Source of the DNA: Candidatus Eiseniibacteriota bacterium
GTDB taxonomy: Bacteria; Eisenbacteria; RBG-16-71-46
Assembly (NCBI GenBank): GCA_044223005.1
Contig: JBGAML010000001.1
Location: 256,001 to 320,000, forward strand
Length of the DNA: 64,000 bases
Direction of reading: 5' to 3'
Both the position numbers and the translations under genes were made by a program. Every line of letters starts with the position of its first letter. Positions within the stretch are counted from its first letter, which is position 1. This document shows positions 18,355 to 27,690 of the stretch, piece after piece. The notes under the pieces are model-generated. The model had not been told where the DNA came from. It was given only the letters and a program-made list of their open reading frames with translations, and ran no database searches.

Positions 18355-20228
18355 ACGGCGCGCGCGCCATCGCACGATCGTTCTCGGCCGCGTTGCTCGC
18401 CCTGTTCGTGGCGTGCGGCACCGCCGGGGCGCAGGTGTCGCCGGGTCCGCTGGCGGCGCCGCACGCGTCGATCGATGGCCCGACGCAGTGCCTGCAGTGC
18501 CACGCCGCCGGCGCGTCCCGCAAGGGCATGGACGAGCGCTGCCTCGCGTGCCACACGGACATCGCGTGGATGAAGGCGCGCAACCGCGGCACGCACGCGC
18601 GCTTCGGCCCCAAGGATTGCGCGAGCTGCCACCCGGATCACGGTGGGCGCGATTTCCAGATGATCGTGTGGGATTCGGGCACGCCCGAGAAGTTCGATCA
18701 CCGCAAGACCGGCTACGTCCTCGAGAACAAGCACGCCGGGCTCGAGTGCAAGAAGTGCCATGCGCCCGCGAACCAGAAGTCGGGGGCGGCGCCGCTCATC
18801 AAGAAGAAGAACAAGGCCGCCAGCTGGCTCGGGCTCGAGCAGGCGTGCGCGAGCTGTCACGCGGACCCGCACCACGGCCAGCTGGGCACCGACTGCGCCA
18901 AGTGCCACACGACCGCCGACTGGAAGAAGGCCGCGACCGCCTTCGACCACGCGCGCACGACGTTCCCGCTCACCGGCGAGCACGCGAAGGTCGCGTGCGC
19001 GAAGTGCCACGAGAGCCCGGCGGTGGCGAAGGAACGCGACCCCAAGGGCGAAGTGGTCCCGGTGTGGAAGCCGCTGCCGCACGGCGACTGCGTCGCGTGC
19101 CACAAGGACCCGCACGCGGGACGGTTCCCCGGCGCGTGCTCCAAGTGTCACGTCACGACGGGCTGGAAGCTGATCGGCGGGCGCACGTTCAACCACGACC
19201 TCACGCGCTACCCGCTGCGCGGCAAGCACGTCTCGGTGAGCTGCAACAGCTGCCACGACCCGCGGCGCGGCGGCGAGAAGCCCAAGTTCGCGCGCTGCCT
19301 CGACTGCCACCAGGACGCGCACGCGGGCAAGGCGGCGCGACTGGGCCAGGTGGTCGACTGCGCGTCGTGCCACACGGTGGACGGCTTCGACCGCAGCAGC
19401 TACACGGTCACCGACCACGCCGGATCCAAGTACCCGCTGCAAGGCGACCACGCGCGCACGGACTGCGCGAAGTGCCACCGGAAGCTGACCGACACGCCGG
19501 CGAACCGCACGGCGTGGGGAACGTCCCGCGTCGTGATGCGGCCCGAGTTCACCCGCTGTGCGGCGTGTCACTTCGACCCGCACCTCGGGCGCTTCGAACC
19601 CGCCGGCGCGCGGCCGCACAAGGACGGCTGCATCACCTGCCACACGATGTCGTCGTTCCAGCCCTCCAAGTACGACGGCGTCATGCACGCGGACTGCGTC
19701 TTCCCGCTGCACGGCGCGCACATGGCGATTCCCTGCCAGCGCTGCCACGAGGAACTCAAGGCGCCGGCGACGAACTTCAGCCTGCCCGCGGACTCCACGA
19801 AGATCCGGCCGCTGCACTTCGACAACCCGCGCCGCCGCTGCGTGGACTGCCACGAGAACCCGCACGGGGCCCAGTTCGGCTGGCGCAAGGACAAGGGCAC
19901 CTGCGATGGCTGCCACGACGACAACGCGTTCGTGCCGGCGCCCAAGTTCGTGCACAACCGCGACTCGCGCTACAAGCTCGACGGCGCGCACGCGAAGGCG
20001 CCCTGCGCGTCGTGCCACGTGCCGCACCGCGACGCCGCGGGCCGGCTCGTCGTGACGTACCGCCCGACGCCGAGCAAGTGCGAGAACTGCCACACCGGCG
20101 GCGCTCGCGACTCGTCGCTCACATCGCCGGCGCGCTCCGGCCGCTCGTCCTCCGCCCTGCCGCCGTCGGCGCGGGAGCGGCTCGCCGTACTGGGAACCCG
20201 GGAGGCCGAACATGGCCCGTCCCACTGA
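18351..20228 (+). CDS. Multiheme c-type cytochrome with 20 CxxCH motifs
   Basis: Signal peptide; 20 CxxCH counted; repeated modules of the form FDH..T.FPL.G.H...CxxCH...CxxCH.DPH.G...CxxCH; ATGA overlap. Confidence 0.95.
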   Translation: MNGARAIARSFSAALLALFVACGTAGAQVSPGPLAAPHASIDGPTQCLQCHAAGASRKGMDERCLACHTDIAWMKARNRGTHARFGPKDCASCHPDHGGRDFQMIVWDSGTPEKFDHRKTGYVLENKHAGLECKKCHAPANQKSGAAPLIKKKNKAASWLGLEQACASCHADPHHGQLGTDCAKCHTTADWKKAATAFDHARTTFPLTGEHAKVACAKCHESPAVAKERDPKGEVVPVWKPLPHGDCVACHKDPHAGRFPGACSKCHVTTGWKLIGGRTFNHDLTRYPLRGKHVSVSCNSCHDPRRGGEKPKFARCLDCHQDAHAGKAARLGQVVDCASCHTVDGFDRSSYTVTDHAGSKYPLQGDHARTDCAKCHRKLTDTPANRTAWGTSRVVMRPEFTRCAACHFDPHLGRFEPAGARPHKDGCITCHTMSSFQPSKYDGVMHADCVFPLHGAHMAIPCQRCHEELKAPATNFSLPADSTKIRPLHFDNPRRRCVDCHENPHGAQFGWRKDKGTCDGCHDDNAFVPAPKFVHNRDSRYKLDGAHAKAPCASCHVPHRDAAGRLVVTYRPTPSKCENCHTGGARDSSLTSPARSGRSSSALPPSARERLAVLGTREAEHGPSH

Positions 20229-20319
20229 CCCCACCCTTCGCCCCGCGCCCGAACGGGTGCGGCCCGCCTCCCGTGCGGGTGAGCGTCCTCACGATCGTCT
20301 CGTCAACGGAGCGCACTCC

Positions 20320-21945
20320 ATGCCTCGCACCTCGCGCCGACTTCTCGCCTCCGCACTCTGCCTCGTCGGCATGTTCGCCGTCTCGGCGCATGCGGCGCCC
20401 GCTCCCGCGTCCGGAACGCCGGCCGCCCGGAACTCGGCCACCGTCCGGCCGTCCTCGGCGACGACGAAGCTTTCGTACCTCGCGGGCGGCAGCGCCTACG
20501 TGGACGTCGGCACCGCCGACGGCCTGCTCCCCGGTGACACGCTGACGGTTCTGCGCAATGGCGGCGCCATCGCGGGACTGCGGGTCGCGTTCGCGTCCAC
20601 GAAGCGGGCCGCGTGCGACACCGTGTGGACGCGCGGCGCGATCGCGATCGGCGACGACGTGCGCTACGCGCCGCATCCGGCGCCGGCGCCGCCCGCGCCG
20701 GTCGTCGTGGATTCGACGAAGCACGCAGCCGCGCGCAAGCCGGCCGGACAGCGCGCGCGCCTGCGCGGCCGCATCGGCGGCCACTGGCTGTCGGTGTCGA
20801 CCGCGAACGGCATGTTCAAGGAGCCCGGCGTCGACTTGCGCCTGGACGGCTACGACCAGGCCAGCGGCCACGTCGATCTCTCGCTCGACCTGCGCAGCCG
20901 CCGCTCGTCGCGGAGCTTCAGCGGGCTGCCGGTCGAAGTCGACGAGCTCGCCCGCGTCTATCGTGCGTCGATGACGGTGCGCTCGCGGAACTCGCACCAC
21001 CAGCTCACGGTGGGCCGGCAGATCTCGCCGACGCTCGCTTCGATCAGCCTCTTCGACGGCGTGCTCATGCAGACGGGCAACGACCGGCACTCGTTCGGCG
21101 CATTCAGCGGCACCCAGCCCGACCCGGTGCGCTATTCGTTCTCGGGCGACATCCTCGAGAGCGGCCTGTTCGCCGAGTGGCACCAGGCGCCGGCGGCGGT
21201 GCGGCGCTGGCAGGTCACGCTCGGCGGCGTCACGTCGCAGCAGGCCGGCCAGACGAACCGCGACTTCCTCTTCACGCAGGCCAATTGGGTCTCGCGCGCC
21301 GTCATGACGTCGTTCGCGCAGGAGATCGACTACAACCGTGGCTGGAAGCGCGCCCTGGGCGAACCGATGCTCTCGCCGACGAGTACGTTCGCGATGACCC
21401 GCATCCTCGCGACCCCGTGGCTCGCGTTCACGAGCGGCTACGACAACCGCCGCAGCGTGCGGCTCTATCGCGACCGCCTGACGCCCGAAACGCAGTTCGA
21501 CGACGCCTATCGCCAGGGCACGTGGGTCGGCAGCGACCTGGAACTCCTGCAGCGGATCCGGCTCTCCGGCGAGCTGCGCGGAACCGCGGCCGCCGATCAC
21601 TCGCACGCGTGGTCGACCAACGCCGAGATCAACCGGCTCTCGCGCATGCACGTGGCGCTGCGCGGCCGCATGTCGCGCTACCAGGGCCAGACCGTGCTCA
21701 GCCGGCTCGCCTCCGGCAGCGTCGGCCTCGACCCGATCCCGCTCTCGCACCTCGAGCTCTCCGGTGGCGTGCGCCGCACGCTCGTGCAGCCCTCCACGCA
21801 CGAGGACTCCGAGCGCTGGCAGAGCATCGACCTCGATCTTTCGCTGGGCCGCCGCTGGTACCTGAACGGCGGGCTGGAACGCGATTACGGTGGTGTCGCG
21901 GGCGAGACGCGCCAGGCGCAGGGCGGCGTCAGCTGGAGATTCTGA
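20320..21945 (+). CDS. Outer-membrane beta-barrel with an N-terminal periplasmic domain (putative cytochrome-associated porin); alternative start at 20212
   Basis: Signal peptide MPRTSRRLLASAL..AHA; Pro-rich linker; about 400 aa of amphipathic strands; ends GGVSWRF (BAM-type terminal Phe). Confidence 0.8.
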   Translation: MPRTSRRLLASALCLVGMFAVSAHAAPAPASGTPAARNSATVRPSSATTKLSYLAGGSAYVDVGTADGLLPGDTLTVLRNGGAIAGLRVAFASTKRAACDTVWTRGAIAIGDDVRYAPHPAPAPPAPVVVDSTKHAAARKPAGQRARLRGRIGGHWLSVSTANGMFKEPGVDLRLDGYDQASGHVDLSLDLRSRRSSRSFSGLPVEVDELARVYRASMTVRSRNSHHQLTVGRQISPTLASISLFDGVLMQTGNDRHSFGAFSGTQPDPVRYSFSGDILESGLFAEWHQAPAAVRRWQVTLGGVTSQQAGQTNRDFLFTQANWVSRAVMTSFAQEIDYNRGWKRALGEPMLSPTSTFAMTRILATPWLAFTSGYDNRRSVRLYRDRLTPETQFDDAYRQGTWVGSDLELLQRIRLSGELRGTAAADHSHAWSTNAEINRLSRMHVALRGRMSRYQGQTVLSRLASGSVGLDPIPLSHLELSGGVRRTLVQPSTHEDSERWQSIDLDLSLGRRWYLNGGLERDYGGVAGETRQAQGGVSWRF

Positions 21946-22022
21946 GCCCGGAGGCGGAGGATGTCCTCCGCAGGTGGTGATCGCCACCCGCGGCGGAATC
22001 GGGCTCCCGAAAGGACGTGGAC

Positions 22023-22667
22023 ATGCGCGGACGGACGGGTCGTTGGGGGACGCTGCTCGCGTGGATCGCGCTGCCGATGCTGCTCGGCGCCGCGGACCCG
22101 GCGCGTGACGCGCAGCCGCCGACGCCGCCGCGTTTCGTGCTCCCGGAGAAGGGCGTGCTCTTCTCGGACGATTTCTCGCACGGCCTCGGCGCGTGGAAGA
22201 CGGACCAGCCGGACGCGTGGACCATTCGCGACGGCATGCTCCGCGCCGACCTGCCCGACCAGAAGCAGCTGCGCTCGCTGCTGCGCGCCGGCGACCCGGC
22301 GTGGCAGGACTACGCGCTCGACTTCGACGTCTGCGCGATGCGCGGCGTCGACAAGGGTGCGGTCGTCCGCGCGCAGGAGAACACCGGCGTCGGCATCGAC
22401 CTCCGCGGCGGGACGTACCAGGACGTGGTCGCCTACGTGCGTGAGTGGCCGCTCGGCAAGGCCGCCGCGAACAACGCCACGGGAACATGGAATCACGTGC
22501 GCGTCGAGGTCACAGGAACGCGCTTGCGCGTGTTCGTGAACGGCGACCTGCGGATCGAACGCCCCGTCGCCGGTGACGCGCACGGCGCCATCGCGCTGGC
22601 GGCCTACACGGGCGGCGCGGGCCAGTGCACGGTTTACTACGACAACGTGGTGGTGACCGCGCTGTAG
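22023..22667 (+). CDS. Secreted ConA-like beta-sandwich protein (DUF1080-like)
   Basis: Signal peptide; LFSDDFS, WTIRDGML, WNHVRVEVTG..LRVFVNG and VYYDNVVV. Confidence 0.8.
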   Translation: MRGRTGRWGTLLAWIALPMLLGAADPARDAQPPTPPRFVLPEKGVLFSDDFSHGLGAWKTDQPDAWTIRDGMLRADLPDQKQLRSLLRAGDPAWQDYALDFDVCAMRGVDKGAVVRAQENTGVGIDLRGGTYQDVVAYVREWPLGKAAANNATGTWNHVRVEVTGTRLRVFVNGDLRIERPVAGDAHGAIALAAYTGGAGQCTVYYDNVVVTAL

Positions 22668-22713
22668 CGAAGACCAGGCGCCATCCCGCCCGCGATCCCC
22701 GAGCGTTCGGCGC

Positions 22714-23937
22714 TCACCGCGGCCGTACGCGAGCGATCAGCCGCGCATGCGGGTGATAGGCCTGCCTCCGATCACGACAGTCCCAGTCCATGGCGATCTC
22801 CACGTATTCCCCTGACATGGGAAGCGTGATGGTCATCGTGTCGGACAACGAGGCTCCCGGCGGGATCTCCCGGTCGCCATAGCTCCGGGCTGCGAGCTGC
22901 TGCCACGCACTCGACCGCATGGGCCCGCCTTCGACCATCTTCAATTGAGAAGCCGTCACTCTCAGGCGGGCGAGTCGAATCGGATATCCATTCCCAGGCG
23001 TCTGCCGGTTGGCAAAGCGGATGGAAAGGCGCTTGAGCTCTCGCGCCTCGAGCGCACCTTCATATTCCAGGTCCAGCACGAGATCACCGTGTCCACCCAA
23101 CCCCTGCACGCGGCGCAGGACTCGCGGCGAATCCGACGAAACGTACTGGTGAGAGCCGAACGACAGCGTGTCCCCCGCGCTGGCGACCCCCCAACTCTCG
23201 ACCCGGGCGCCGTTCGAGGCTCCGCCACGCTCGTCACAGCCGGGAGAGTTCGGCTCGAGGACCATCTGGCCCCGGTCGATCGAGAATCGCCCGGTCTGCG
23301 CGCAGGCACCATCACGGAACTCCATGCGGTACTCGAGCAGGGAGTCGAAGTGAAGCACCTGCGGCGTCATGAACATGTCGAAATCGTCCGTCCGGACCCA
23401 ATCGTGCAGGCAGAGGTCCGCCAGCAGGCGGGGCGCCGGCACCACGGGCATTTGGTCTCTCGAACGCCCATCGGCGCCCTTCACCGTGCTCGGCCTCGCG
23501 CACGCATGGTACTCGCGCCCCCCGAACTGAAGCCGATCACCCTTTCGCTCGAAACGGATCACCGAGTGCCCCGCGAGGAAGATCACTCCCGCCGAGTCCT
23601 CGCGAAGACTGAAGTTCCAACTCCCACCGCGGTCGTACTCGAGGTAGTCGGAGAACGCCCAGTCGCGAAACTCGCCGCTCGGGAGGAACCGCAGTTTCGG
23701 GCAACTCTCCGGCATGCCGTAGAAGCTCGCTCCGCAGCCCGAACCACACCAGTCGGTTCGGGTCAGGAACTCGAACATCGACGTCTCCCGCGTCGCGCGC
23801 CCCGGGTCGCGCGCGTCCGAGCCGCCCCGAGCTTGAACAGGAGGCGCGGCGGTCTGGGCCGAGGTTTCCCGCGGCCCGCTCCATGGGCCGAGCAGGACGA
23901 GTGCCGAAGCGAGTCGCGCGAGTCGACGGAAGTTCAT
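22714..23937 (-). CDS. Secreted hypothetical protein with atypical composition
   Basis: Signal-peptide-like N-terminus MNFRRLARLASALVLL; beta-rich; visibly more A/T at third codon positions than its neighbours. Confidence 0.65.
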   Translation of the reverse strand: MNFRRLARLASALVLLGPWSGPRETSAQTAAPPVQARGGSDARDPGRATRETSMFEFLTRTDWCGSGCGASFYGMPESCPKLRFLPSGEFRDWAFSDYLEYDRGGSWNFSLREDSAGVIFLAGHSVIRFERKGDRLQFGGREYHACARPSTVKGADGRSRDQMPVVPAPRLLADLCLHDWVRTDDFDMFMTPQVLHFDSLLEYRMEFRDGACAQTGRFSIDRGQMVLEPNSPGCDERGGASNGARVESWGVASAGDTLSFGSHQYVSSDSPRVLRRVQGLGGHGDLVLDLEYEGALEARELKRLSIRFANRQTPGNGYPIRLARLRVTASQLKMVEGGPMRSSAWQQLAARSYGDREIPPGASLSDTMTITLPMSGEYVEIAMDWDCRDRRQAYHPHARLIARVRPR

Positions 23938-23981
23938 CACGTGCCTCGCCTTTCCCGGGTGAATCCGCGACCGAACTCCGA

Positions 23982-26357
23982 TCAGGCGCGCGTGCGCCGC
24001 CCCGCCAGCAGCCGCAGGCCGTTCAGGATGACGACGACCGTGCTGCCTTCGTGACCCGAGACGGCGATCGGGAGCTTGAGCTGGCCGAACGGTGATTGCG
24101 GCCCGATGAACACCCACGTCACGAGCGCCAGCATCACGCCGGTGGCGATCACGAGGTTCTGGATCACGACGCGATTGGCTCGCTGGGCCAGCCGCACGGC
24201 GTACGGCAGCGCGGTGAGATCGTCGGCCATCAGCACGACGTCGGCGCTCTCCATCGCAGCATCGCTGCCGATGCCGCCCATCGCGATGCCGACGCTCGCG
24301 CGCGCCAGCGCGGGCGCGTCGTTGACGCCGTCGCCGACCATCGCGACCGCGCCGTGCGCCTTCTCGAGATCGGCGATCACGCGCACCTTGTCCTCGGGTA
24401 GCAGGTGCCCGTGCTGTTCGTCGACGCCCGTGCGCCGGGCGATCGCCTGCACGGTGTGCTCGTTGTCGCCGGACAGCACGGCGAGGCGCGAGACGCCCAG
24501 CGACCGCAGCGCCTGCACGGTGCCGGCGGAGGTCGGCCGCACCTGGTCCGCCGCCGCGAGCACTCCCCACGTTCCGTTGGAGTGCACGATCATCGCCGTC
24601 TTCGCGTCTTCCGCGAATGCGTCGATGCGCGCGATCGCCTCGGCCGGCGGCGTGAGGCCCAGCGACGCGAAGAGCTCCGGCGTGCCGACTTCGATCGTGG
24701 CGCCACCGTGCTTCGCGACGAGTCCCTTGCCGAGGTGATTCACCATCTGCTCGGCCGGCTCGAAGCTCACGCGACGCGCCTCGGCCGCGCGCACCACCGC
24801 CTGAGCGAGCGGGTGCGGCGAGCGCTTCTCGGCGCACGCGGCCAGCTGCAGCAGCGTCTCCTCGGTCGCCCCGCCCAGCGGCACCACGTCCGTCACCTCG
24901 AAGCGGCCGTGCGTCAGCGTGCCGGTCTTGTCGAACGCGATCACGCGGATGCGGCCGAGGCCCTCGAGGAAGCGGCCGCCCTTGAAGAGAATGCCGTTGC
25001 GCGCCGCATTGGCGATCGCCGACAGGATGGTCGCCGGCGTCGCGATCACGAGCGCACAGGGCGAGGCCACCACGAGCAGCGTCATCGCGCGGTAGAGCGC
25101 ACCGGTGGTGCCGCTCCACGGCAGGTGGAACACGAACAGCGACAACCCGAGCATGAGCGCGGCCGCGACGATCACCACGATCGTGTAGTAGCGGCCCACC
25201 CACTCGGCGACTTCCTCGGTGCGCGACTTCTGCTCCTGCGCCTCGCGCACGAGCGCCACGATGCGCGCGAGCGTGCTGTTCGCCGCGGCGCGGGTGGCGG
25301 TGATCTCGAGCGCCCCGTGCTGGTTGAGCGTGCCGGCGAACACCTTGTCGCCGACCTGCTTCTCGACCGGCACCGACTCGCCCGTGAGGCTGCTCTGGTC
25401 CACGAGCGACGTGCCTCGCGCGACGGTGCCATCCACCGCGAACGCCTCGCCCGGCTTGACGATCACCGTATCGCCCACGCGGATCGCCTCGGCCTCGACC
25501 TCGATCTCGCGGCCGTCGCGGCGCACGAGGGCGCGCGCGGGGCGCAGCTCCATGAGCGCCTGCAGCGCGTGGCGCGTGCGGCCCATGGTGTAGACCTCGA
25601 GCGTGTTGCTGAGCGAGAAGAGGAACATCAGCACCGCGGCTTCGAAGATCGCACCCGTCGCCGCCGCGCCGACCGCGGCCAGGATCATGAGCAGGTTGAC
25701 GTCGAACTTGAACCGCCGCAGGGCGTCGAACGTGCTGCGCGTGGCGAACCAGCCGCCCGCCACCGCCGCGACCCCGTAGAGCACGTGCGCGATCGGGCTC
25801 TCCTTCGCGACCAGGTGCTCGACCGCGACGCCCGCGAGCATCGCCACGAAGCAGACGATCGTCAGGACGATCATCGCCCGGCCCTCGGCGTGCTCTTCCT
25901 CCTCTTCCGGAGTGAACGGCACGCCCCACGGCTTGTCGGAGAGCGGCCGGACCACCTCGACCCCGTGTTCGCTCATGTCGCGCCGGGAGATGCGCACGAA
26001 GCCGTGCGACGCCATCGCCTGGAACTGCGCCGTCGCTTCCGCCGGCAGCCGCCCGAAGCGCAGCGCGCACTCGGGGCAGGCGTCCGCGGTCTCGCGGCGC
26101 TCGCAGGACGTCACGCGCTGCGAGAACACCGCGCCGACGTCCTCCGCGAACGCGTTCAGCTGATCGGGCGTGACGCTCGAGGGCTCGTAGCGCACCGACA
26201 GCGTACTGGCGCGGAAATCGGCTTCGATCGCGATCACGCCGGGCCATTCGCGCAGGCGGTCGGCGAGGATTTCGATGCAGCCCTCACCCTCGGCGGGCAG
26301 GGTCGTGACGACGGGCGCCGGAGGCGCGGCAGGCCTGCGTGTGTGGTCGTGCGGCAT
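23982..26357 (-). CDS. Heavy-metal P1B-type ATPase (P1B-4-like)
   Basis: TGES, SPC in the metal-binding TM, DKTGT, HP, GDGVNDAPAL, and HEGST in the last TM. Confidence 0.93.
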   Translation of the reverse strand: MPHDHTRRPAAPPAPVVTTLPAEGEGCIEILADRLREWPGVIAIEADFRASTLSVRYEPSSVTPDQLNAFAEDVGAVFSQRVTSCERRETADACPECALRFGRLPAEATAQFQAMASHGFVRISRRDMSEHGVEVVRPLSDKPWGVPFTPEEEEEHAEGRAMIVLTIVCFVAMLAGVAVEHLVAKESPIAHVLYGVAAVAGGWFATRSTFDALRRFKFDVNLLMILAAVGAAATGAIFEAAVLMFLFSLSNTLEVYTMGRTRHALQALMELRPARALVRRDGREIEVEAEAIRVGDTVIVKPGEAFAVDGTVARGTSLVDQSSLTGESVPVEKQVGDKVFAGTLNQHGALEITATRAAANSTLARIVALVREAQEQKSRTEEVAEWVGRYYTIVVIVAAALMLGLSLFVFHLPWSGTTGALYRAMTLLVVASPCALVIATPATILSAIANAARNGILFKGGRFLEGLGRIRVIAFDKTGTLTHGRFEVTDVVPLGGATEETLLQLAACAEKRSPHPLAQAVVRAAEARRVSFEPAEQMVNHLGKGLVAKHGGATIEVGTPELFASLGLTPPAEAIARIDAFAEDAKTAMIVHSNGTWGVLAAADQVRPTSAGTVQALRSLGVSRLAVLSGDNEHTVQAIARRTGVDEQHGHLLPEDKVRVIADLEKAHGAVAMVGDGVNDAPALARASVGIAMGGIGSDAAMESADVVLMADDLTALPYAVRLAQRANRVVIQNLVIATGVMLALVTWVFIGPQSPFGQLKLPIAVSGHEGSTVVVILNGLRLLAGRRTRA

Positions 26358-26493
26358 GCGCGCGAAGATACACGTCCGCCGCCGATCCCGCCCGCGTGAG
26401 CGATGCGACGCGACGGCATTTTGCGATGACTTGATCGAGCGTGATCGCTTTCGCCGTTTCCGCCGCAGTCATGCGCCTTTAGGATACCGGCCC

Positions 26494-27624
26494 ATGCGCC
26501 CCCTCCCGCAGACCGGCCGCCGCGCGATCGCGTGGCTCGTCCTCGTCGCGATCGCCGTATGGCCACTCGCGACGGGTTGTTCGAAGAAGAAATCGCCCAC
26601 CGCGCCCGTCGCAGGAGCGAGCCGCTCCTACTTCATGGGCTTCGCGAACATACCGCCCTCGATGGATTCGGCCACCGCCGTGAACGCGGTGCTCATGTGG
26701 GCGAACCGGGCAGACGCCGCGATCTGGCACAGCGGAGTGCCGTGGGACTCGCTGCTCGCCGGCGTGCCACCGCAGGTACTCGCCGCGCACGAGATCCAGG
26801 GACTCGAACCCTTCTGGCGCGGGCACGGCATGACGATCACCTACGAGATCGATCCCACCAACGGCCTCAACCGTGGCGAGGAAGATCCCGCGCTGGTGAA
26901 GGCTGGCCGCAGCATCGCCGAGCCGGCGATCCAGGCGCTCTTCCTGCGCTGGGCGACCGCGATCGACTCGCTGCTCGTGCCCGACTATCTCGGGCTCGCC
27001 TCGGAGACGAACCTCGTGCGGGCCGCGGCGCCGGCGCCGGTTTATGCGGCACTCGTACAGCTCGCGAATCGCACGGCGGATTCGCTCGCGGTGCGGCACG
27101 CGGCGTGGCACCGGGCGCGCGATCCGATCCTCTACTCCACCGTGCAGGTCGAGGTCGCGTGGGGCCGGCTGGGTGGGGCGGGCTCGTACGTCGGCGTCAC
27201 GACCGATCTCGCGGATTTCCACTTCGCAGGCGTCTACGGACTCTCGGCCTATCCGTATCTCGGCGGGTTCGCCGAACCCGAATCGCTGCCGCCCGACTAC
27301 TACTCGCGAGTCGCACAGCAGCTCGGCAAGCCGGTGATGATCGTGGAGGGCGGCTGGACCACCGCCACCGGCAACGGCGTCGTGTCGGACCAGCTGAAGC
27401 AGGCGCGCTACGTCCACGAGCAGGGAAAGCGGCTGCAGGCCGCGCACGCGTTCGGCTGGTACCAGCTCACGTTCACGGATCTCGACCTCGCGAACTACCC
27501 GCCCCCACCGCCCGGCACGTCGCTCGAACCCTTCGCGCACTGCGGCCTGGTCGACATCCACCTCGTGCCGAAACCCGCGCTCTCCCCCTGGGACAGCCTG
27601 TACGACCTGCCGCACGTGAAGTAG
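26494..27624 (+). CDS. Lipoprotein, putative glycoside-hydrolase-like TIM barrel
   Basis: Lipobox LATG-C; YLGLASETN and KPVMIVEGGW resemble the two catalytic Glu regions of clan GH-A. Confidence 0.7.
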   Translation: MRPLPQTGRRAIAWLVLVAIAVWPLATGCSKKKSPTAPVAGASRSYFMGFANIPPSMDSATAVNAVLMWANRADAAIWHSGVPWDSLLAGVPPQVLAAHEIQGLEPFWRGHGMTITYEIDPTNGLNRGEEDPALVKAGRSIAEPAIQALFLRWATAIDSLLVPDYLGLASETNLVRAAAPAPVYAALVQLANRTADSLAVRHAAWHRARDPILYSTVQVEVAWGRLGGAGSYVGVTTDLADFHFAGVYGLSAYPYLGGFAEPESLPPDYYSRVAQQLGKPVMIVEGGWTTATGNGVVSDQLKQARYVHEQGKRLQAAHAFGWYQLTFTDLDLANYPPPPPGTSLEPFAHCGLVDIHLVPKPALSPWDSLYDLPHVK

Positions 27625-27629
27625 GCGGA

Positions 27630-27687
27630 CCCGCGAAACGCGAACGGCCCGGGAGCGCGTGCTTCCGGGCCGTTTGTGTTTCGCGGG
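27630..27687. terminator. Long inverted repeat between convergent genes (bidirectional terminator)
   Basis: cccgcgaaacgcgaacggcccgg ... ccgggccgtttgtgtttcgcggg. Confidence 0.75.
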
Positions 27688-27690
27688 CCG

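Noticed and set aside
22714..26247. 1177-aa minus-strand ORF
   Set aside because: The upstream part is an alternative frame of the P-type ATPase. Only 22714-23937 looks like a protein.
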